From IMG/VR virus record IMGVR_UViG_3300011116_001007: 64,000 nt of DNA, one strand, 5' to 3'. The DNA is from a virus. Its lineage: Duplodnaviria > Caudoviricetes. Position 1 is the first letter of the stretch. Every line of letters begins with the position of its first letter. The translations under genes and the position numbers were made by a program. This document shows, piece by piece, positions 58,322-64,000 of the stretch. The notes below the pieces were generated by a model that saw only the letters and a program-made list of their open reading frames with translations, ran no database searches and was not told where the DNA came from.

Positions 58322-58350
58322 ATTATAACTGAAACAGAATTTCCAGTCAA
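58322..58350 (-). promoter_or_regulatory. sigma70-type promoter
   Basis: TTGACT-17-TATAAT; back-to-back with late CATAAATA (58357-58364, + strand). Confidence 0.8.
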
Positions 58351-58371
58351 CCTGCCCATAAATAACACACT

Positions 58372-59784
58372 ATGCCCAGACTTTCCATGTACCGTACCAA
58401 TCGAACTAGGGATTACCAATTTCTAGATCGCACCATTGCAGAAATGTACACCGTTGGCGGCTTGGATTTGTACTGCCACAAGTATCTAGGACCCGAAACC
58501 GGCGGTGCCGATTCGGCATTTTCGGGCAATGCAGACGCCACTTTGCCAGTTTACGAAACACTGAGCCCGTTAAACATACAAGATTTGCTGCTGCTGGAAA
58601 ATCGAGATCGGCAATATGATCCGGACATATATGTCATGCGCGGTGTGTACAACTCACAAGACATTGACTTTGATCTTACCCAATTTGGCCTGTTCCTGAA
58701 CAACGACACACTGTTCATCACGTTCCACTACAACAAAATGATTGACACGTTTGGTCGCAAGCTGATGAATGGCGATGTTTTGGAAATACCCAATTTAAAA
58801 GATTTTCATCCGCTGAAGGCTGATTTACCCACAGGACTGGCTAGATATTATGTCATCCAAGATGCTGCTTATGCCAGCGAAGGATTTAGTGTGACTTGGT
58901 TGCCTCACTTGTGGCGAGTCAAAGCCACACCGCTGACAGATTCACAAGAATTCAACACCATCACAAACAAACCCATGGTGAGCGAACAGATCTGGGATAA
59001 TGGTAATTTTTACCCCACTGGTAGTGTGGTCAACTACGGCGATGTGTATTATCAAGCCAGAGCAAACACGCCAGCTGGCACAGACATTACCAATACCAAT
59101 TATTGGAGAGAGTACACTCCTCCTACCATTGCAGATTTGCAAGGTACCAGACTCAAAGATACCAACATCAACGAAGCCATACTCACACAGGCCGACATTG
59201 AAGTTCCGCTCAGCGGTTACGACATCAGCAAGTTTTATATCCTGCCCACTGAAAATTTACAACCTGCCAACTCTACCACACTGTATGCTGGCAGTGACAA
59301 CACAGTGGATGGCACACAAGGTGGCATGGACGTGACGCCACAATCACAGGGCTACACTGAAGGTTACTTGACCGGCACACCAACATCTTTTGGTTACACA
59401 GTGGGTTACTTGACCGGCTCAGATGAAGCACCTAACGGATTGCCTGTCACACCTGGTGTGACTTTCCCGTTGAATCCATCGCTGGGAGATTATGCATTGA
59501 GACTGGATTATCAACCCAACAGACTGTTCCGCTGGGATGGTATTCGCTGGGTCAAACTGGAAGATGCAGTGCGTACCAATCTCAACAATGGTTCTGCCAA
59601 CGATATCTTGAAGAGTACCTTTGTTAACAATACATACACTGTGCCTACTACTGACATGGGTAATATACCCAGTCGTCAGAGTCTCAGTGAAATGCTCAAA
59701 CCTCGAGCGGACAATGGTGACAACGGCGGTGACTTGCCAAACAAACCATTTCCGCCCACACAACCAGGACAGAAATCCAGTTAA
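58372..59784 (+). CDS. neck/head-closure protein (T4 gp14-like) with insertions
   Basis: DLLLLENRDRQYD, FGLFL...TLFITFH, GDVLEIP; between gp13 and gp15 homologs. Confidence 0.7.
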   Translation: MPRLSMYRTNRTRDYQFLDRTIAEMYTVGGLDLYCHKYLGPETGGADSAFSGNADATLPVYETLSPLNIQDLLLLENRDRQYDPDIYVMRGVYNSQDIDFDLTQFGLFLNNDTLFITFHYNKMIDTFGRKLMNGDVLEIPNLKDFHPLKADLPTGLARYYVIQDAAYASEGFSVTWLPHLWRVKATPLTDSQEFNTITNKPMVSEQIWDNGNFYPTGSVVNYGDVYYQARANTPAGTDITNTNYWREYTPPTIADLQGTRLKDTNINEAILTQADIEVPLSGYDISKFYILPTENLQPANSTTLYAGSDNTVDGTQGGMDVTPQSQGYTEGYLTGTPTSFGYTVGYLTGSDEAPNGLPVTPGVTFPLNPSLGDYALRLDYQPNRLFRWDGIRWVKLEDAVRTNLNNGSANDILKSTFVNNTYTVPTTDMGNIPSRQSLSEMLKPRADNGDNGGDLPNKPFPPTQPGQKSS

Positions 59785-59787
59785 GCT

Positions 59788-61176
59788 ATGCAAAATTTCT
59801 TTTATGATGAACAGATACGACGTTTCTTGTTGCAGTTTACCAGAATGGTATCCGGCTTTCAAGTTCAGTACGGGCGCGACGGCGAACAAGCTGCGCTGCT
59901 GCGAGTACCAGTGAGATATGGCGATTCTACTAGAAATGTGCAGACCATATTGCAGGAAAATTCAGCCAGCAGTTTGCCCAGCACACCGCTGATGACTTTT
60001 TATATTTCATCCTTGGACTACGACCGTCCCAGGATGCAAGAACCTTATCATGTGAATTCAGTGTCAATTCGACAACGAACCTACGACAGCGAAACCGACA
60101 CTTACGAAACCACACAAGGAAATGCCTTTACCATTGAACGCTTGATGCCTGTGCCTTATAGATTGGGTATCACTTTGGAAATCTGGACCAGCAACACCAA
60201 TCAAAAATTGCAATTGTTAGAACAGATTTTGACCCTGTTCAATCCCAGTTTGGAAATACAAAGCACAGACAACTATCTTGACTGGACCAGTTTGAGTGTG
60301 GTAGAACTGGACAGTTGCACCTGGACGTCAAGAATCATTCCGCAAGGTACAGAAAATCCCATTGACATTGCCAGTTTGAAATTTGGCCTGCCAATCTGGA
60401 TCAGCTCACCAGTCAAGGTTAAAAAACTGGGTGTGGTAGAACGTGTGGTTGCCAGCATGTACGATGCCAATGGTGACCTGCACAATGCCATAGAAAACAA
60501 TGATCTGTTACTGGGCACAAGACAAGTGATTACTCCGTACAATTGGGCAGCAGTGTTGATCAACAACAAACTGCAATGCTTACAACAGCAAAGTCTAGCA
60601 GATGAGCCTGACAACGAATCATTGACCCCTACTCAAATTGTGTCCAACAGCAATTTACAATGGACAGCAGTGATTGGGGTGTACGGTGTGCTACGCCCGG
60701 GTATCAGTCAAATACGACTGATACAAGCAGATGAATCTGAAGTGATAGGAACCATAGTATTGGATCCCACAGACAATCGATTCTTGTTGTTTGACGTGGA
60801 TCAAGACACTGCTCCACAAAACACCCTGGCTCCTATAGATGCTGTGGTGAATCCCTTGACTTATGCACCCAGTCCAGACGATAGTAACCTGGAAGGCGTG
60901 AGATATTTGCTGACTGAGGCCACTGGTTCACTTGACAATGAGTATCCTGCTGAGGGCTGGATTGGGCAAAACGGTCGTCCATTGATTGCCAAAGCCAATG
61001 ACATAATTGAATACAGTGGTAACTATTGGAATGTGGTGTTCAATGCTGAAGGCAACACAGACATTCAGTATGTTACCAATATCACCACCAGCATACAATA
61101 TCAATGGACTGGAATACAATGGGTCAAAAGTTATCAAGGAATATACCCCGGCGGCACCTGGAGTCTGGTACTTTGA
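59788..61176 (+). CDS. gp15: tail terminator/sheath stabilizer (T4 gp15-like)
   Basis: FFYDEQIRRF, VPVRYG, PVPY, QLLEQIL.LFNP. Confidence 0.8.
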   Translation: MQNFFYDEQIRRFLLQFTRMVSGFQVQYGRDGEQAALLRVPVRYGDSTRNVQTILQENSASSLPSTPLMTFYISSLDYDRPRMQEPYHVNSVSIRQRTYDSETDTYETTQGNAFTIERLMPVPYRLGITLEIWTSNTNQKLQLLEQILTLFNPSLEIQSTDNYLDWTSLSVVELDSCTWTSRIIPQGTENPIDIASLKFGLPIWISSPVKVKKLGVVERVVASMYDANGDLHNAIENNDLLLGTRQVITPYNWAAVLINNKLQCLQQQSLADEPDNESLTPTQIVSNSNLQWTAVIGVYGVLRPGISQIRLIQADESEVIGTIVLDPTDNRFLLFDVDQDTAPQNTLAPIDAVVNPLTYAPSPDDSNLEGVRYLLTEATGSLDNEYPAEGWIGQNGRPLIAKANDIIEYSGNYWNVVFNAEGNTDIQYVTNITTSIQYQWTGIQWVKSYQGIYPGGTWSLVL

Positions 61177-61595
61177 AAGCCGTGGGAGTCTGGTTCCTTA
61201 GTCAAGGCACCGGAAGATACTTGTATCTGCTACGCAACGATGCCAAGCATCCGGGTTCATGGGGCCTGCCTGGCGGCAAGATAGAAACTGGCGAAACATT
61301 GCTGGGTGGTATGGAACGTGAGTGTGTGGAGGAACTGGGCAGTTTTCCCACTTACACACGATTGGTACCACTGGAAAAATTCACATCAGCTGATGGTATG
61401 TTTGAGTATCACACCTGGGTGTGTGTGGTTGATGAAGAATTTATACCAGTGCTGAATGACGAACACCTAGGGTATGCCTGGATTGATCAAGGAACATGGC
61501 CTCGTCCAATGCATCCAGGCCTGTGGAGCACTGTGAATCTTGAAAGCATACAGACCAAACTGGAATCAATTGAAAACGCATTTCGACGCAATTGA
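61173..61595 (+). CDS. NUDIX hydrolase
   Basis: Nudix box GGKIETGETLLGGMERECVEELG; probable TTG start overlapping the gp15 stop. Confidence 0.85.
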   Translation: MKAVGVWFLSQGTGRYLYLLRNDAKHPGSWGLPGGKIETGETLLGGMERECVEELGSFPTYTRLVPLEKFTSADGMFEYHTWVCVVDEEFIPVLNDEHLGYAWIDQGTWPRPMHPGLWSTVNLESIQTKLESIENAFRRN

Positions 61596-61598
61596 CGT

Positions 61599-64000
61599 TT
61601 AGAAGAATGCAAAAAAGAGTCCGCCAGCATTGAAACTGCCTGGTGCAGCAAATATCCATCCTGTGTTGTTGCTCACATTGGTTGATGTGGTTCCCGCATA
61701 CCACTGTGCACCACCTGTTGCTGCAGAATCACGAATGCTCAAATAACCAACGCTCACTGTACCACTATTTTTGCTCAAAGTGGCCTGAGTTCCTGCGGTG
61801 CTGCTGTTGATTGTGACCAAATTGCCAGCTGTGCCTGACAGAGTAAACGCAGCGAATGTCTGTGTTGTTGAGATGGTAAATGTGATTGTGCTGGGTCTTG
61901 TGGTCGCAGTCAAATCACCAAATGAATTGTTACCTGATATGGTCAGCGCACCTGCACCACCTTGATTGAGTGTTGGATAAGTTGCGCCGCCACCGGCAAA
62001 TGTTTTTGCTGAGGCACTTGTCATGCTAATAGTAAAACCGGTAAATGTTATGCCCGGCGAAGTCACAGCAAATGGTGAAAGATTATTGGCTGTAGCTGTA
62101 CCTGTGTTTGTAACAGTAAACGCGTTAGTTGAATAATCTGTTAAAAAACTACTAAATGGTGTTGATAACAATAAAGAGGTTTGAGTTCCTGTAATGGCAC
62201 TTATGTTTGTGCCAGAACTTTGTGTTGGTTGCAAAGGTGCAGTGGGTACTGTGAAGTTACCAGTATAAACTGCTACGCCTTTGACCACACGTATGTTGGT
62301 CATGTAACCTGGGAAAAATAAAGTGCTTAAAGTGCTAGCACCGATAAGAGATGCTGTTCCGGTATAATTGGTGCTATCTGTTGTTGTAGCACCAACTTGA
62401 GTTCCATCAATGAATAATCTGTTTGACGATCCTGATCTTGACCACGCAACATGAGTCCAAGTATTAAGAGCAATTGTGCCTGCTGGAGCAATTATTTCTA
62501 CTTGAGGACTTCCTCCTATCCATAGATTTAGTGCATTATTATAACTGTAAAGCGTATATCCTCCAGTGCCGCCATACACGTTATCTGCAAAAATAACTTT
62601 GTAGGCGCCGGTGGAAGTAGCAGTTTGATAGATCCAACATTCTAAAGTTAAATCTCCGGTGCCAAAAGTAAATGCTGCATTAGTTGGTGAACTTAGACGT
62701 TGGGTAGTACCATTTAACAAAACACTACCAGTTGATCCAAAATTCCATGCTGTGGCACCTGCACCTGTTATGGTGTATGTTGTGGTTGATCCTGTTATTG
62801 ATCGAGAATATGGCCCAGCACTAGCAAAGCTACCACTGGTTATGTTGTAAGGAGCAACCACTGCTCCTGCAGTCAATGTTAATGCTCCTGTGATTGATGT
62901 TGCATCATTTGTTGTTAATGTATATGTTGGAGCGTTAACTACTAGAGCTGCAACAGTTTTACCGTTACTGGTAAGTGTACTATCAGAACGGAACGAAGGA
63001 GTCAGGCCTGTATAAGTTCCGCTGGATGATAATACTAAACCACCGTTGATATTTAAAGTGGTTGTGCCTGGATTAAACGATGTAAATCCAAAATCAAGAT
63101 TGTCGATCCACCCAGCAGTGGTCAAAGTTGCCACACTAGCACCTGAAGTAAAATACAAGTTAACTGCATTGGTTGTTGAACCACCCGATGTGCTGGCCAC
63201 ACTGAACGTTCTAGTATTAGTCATTTCAGCCACAGTGAATCCGCCATTGCCAGTGTAAGTGAATCCACCTGCGGCTGCCATGTTTAGTACCACCGTGGCA
63301 GCAGTGGTGTGTGTGAGATTAACATATCCTGCAAAAGGATTCCTAGACGAACTAGTTGCGGTGCCATTGTTGGTAACGGTGGCGTTGTATGTTGAACTAT
63401 CAGTTAAGAAACTAGTACCGTTTACTGTATTCAATAACAAGCTGGTTTGTGTACCTGTGATAGCAGATGATGGATTGCCGTTGGTGTTTGCTGATTGTGT
63501 GCTGGCCAATGTACTTGTTGGGGGAGTAAATGAACCTGCGTTTGGGGTATACAGTGCAGTACCATTTACAAATCTCAGATTGGTAATATAATTAATTGTT
63601 CTAAATTGTGCATTAATACCATAATCTTTTGTACCAATAAATGCACTGGTAGTTCCCGGACTTATTGCGCCTGTACCAATGTATGTGCTACCACTTTGAA
63701 CACCGTTGATGAAAAATGTAAGTATTGATCCTGAACGCACGACTGCAACATGTGTCCAAATATTTGCCGTAATAGGATATATACTTGCATAATAGGTTCC
63801 AGTGAAGAATCTTAATAGACCATCACCGCCAACATAAAAAGCCCATGGCGCTGAAGACTGGCCAGCCACTCTGGTATCAAGTATCCCGTTGTTACCAGCT
63901 AATATAGTTGTAGGGTTTATCCATGCTTCAATGGTAAAATCACCAGTTATGTTGAATGCAGTAGAACTTGGCAGAGTTAAGTATGAGATAGTACTTTGAT
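61599..64000 (-). CDS. long tail fibre/adhesin with LamG (ConA-like) domains; runs off the window end
   Basis: The frame stays open past 63869 to the edge (…GDFTIEAWINP…); GDLTLECWIY, WTHVA; repeated AITGTQTSLLL. Confidence 0.85.
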   Translation of the reverse strand, partial: QSTISYLTLPSSTAFNITGDFTIEAWINPTTILAGNNGILDTRVAGQSSAPWAFYVGGDGLLRFFTGTYYASIYPITANIWTHVAVVRSGSILTFFINGVQSGSTYIGTGAISPGTTSAFIGTKDYGINAQFRTINYITNLRFVNGTALYTPNAGSFTPPTSTLASTQSANTNGNPSSAITGTQTSLLLNTVNGTSFLTDSSTYNATVTNNGTATSSSRNPFAGYVNLTHTTAATVVLNMAAAGGFTYTGNGGFTVAEMTNTRTFSVASTSGGSTTNAVNLYFTSGASVATLTTAGWIDNLDFGFTSFNPGTTTLNINGGLVLSSSGTYTGLTPSFRSDSTLTSNGKTVAALVVNAPTYTLTTNDATSITGALTLTAGAVVAPYNITSGSFASAGPYSRSITGSTTTYTITGAGATAWNFGSTGSVLLNGTTQRLSSPTNAAFTFGTGDLTLECWIYQTATSTGAYKVIFADNVYGGTGGYTLYSYNNALNLWIGGSPQVEIIAPAGTIALNTWTHVAWSRSGSSNRLFIDGTQVGATTTDSTNYTGTASLIGASTLSTLFFPGYMTNIRVVKGVAVYTGNFTVPTAPLQPTQSSGTNISAITGTQTSLLLSTPFSSFLTDYSTNAFTVTNTGTATANNLSPFAVTSPGITFTGFTISMTSASAKTFAGGGATYPTLNQGGAGALTISGNNSFGDLTATTRPSTITFTISTTQTFAAFTLSGTAGNLVTINSSTAGTQATLSKNSGTVSVGYLSIRDSAATGGAQWYAGTTSTNVSNNTGWIFAAPGSFNAGGLFFAFF

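Noticed and set aside
16469-61595. Several track start codons (17266, 18060, 18020, 23082, 24040, 24729, 37319, 44938, 51682, 53271, 54062, 55396, 61104)
   Set aside because: Downstream starts fit ATGA/TAATG coupling or promoter position better and avoid long overlaps.
135-63591. Most short ORFs in the track lying antisense to or out of frame with long genes (e.g. 41184..41678, 38138..38647, 31945..32433, 51102..51632)
   Set aside because: They are shadows of well-supported genes, with no RBS or promoter and no motifs.
1-64000. Stop-codon reassignment (seen in some jumbo phages)
   Set aside because: Core genes are full length in code 11, and TAA, TGA and TAG all end genes at expected positions.
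1-64000. tRNA/rRNA genes
   Set aside because: Intergenic gaps are short, and no cloverleaf or T-loop GTTCRA context was seen by eye.
54437-64000. Diversity-generating retroelement acting on fibre genes
   Set aside because: No reverse transcriptase and no template/variable repeat pair with A-specific mismatches in the window.

Overview
This 64-kb window comes from a large T4-like (myovirus, probably jumbo) phage genome read in the standard genetic code. Both ends cut through genes. Core genes: gp41-like helicase, primase, probable gp62 clamp-loader subunit, UvsW/UvsX/UvsY, gp32, dNMP kinase, large terminase, gp4, tail tube and sheath, neck gp13/gp14, gp15, and a LamG tail fibre. Accessory genes sit between the core genes. 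They include a ~9-kb glycan-building island (GT8-like and four KpsS/KpsC-like transferases, four methyltransferases, a ManC-type cupin) behind T4-type late promoters, five dispersed SGNH-like paralogs (one fused to a GT10-like domain), two radical SAM enzymes, a 2OG-Fe(II) oxygenase, a signal-peptide nuclease and a free-standing HNH endonuclease. The most unusual items are (1) an ORF missed by the track at the left edge that fuses a Pol-beta-type nucleotidyltransferase to a KxDG ligase-like domain behind a T4-internal-protein-like N-terminus, (2) a 192-aa minimal DnaE core that keeps all three catalytic aspartates, (3) the late-expressed glycosylation toolkit, and (4) many promoters (sigma70 and late TAAATA) placed for leaderless mRNAs. 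All assignments come from reading motifs by eye. No database search or computation was run.
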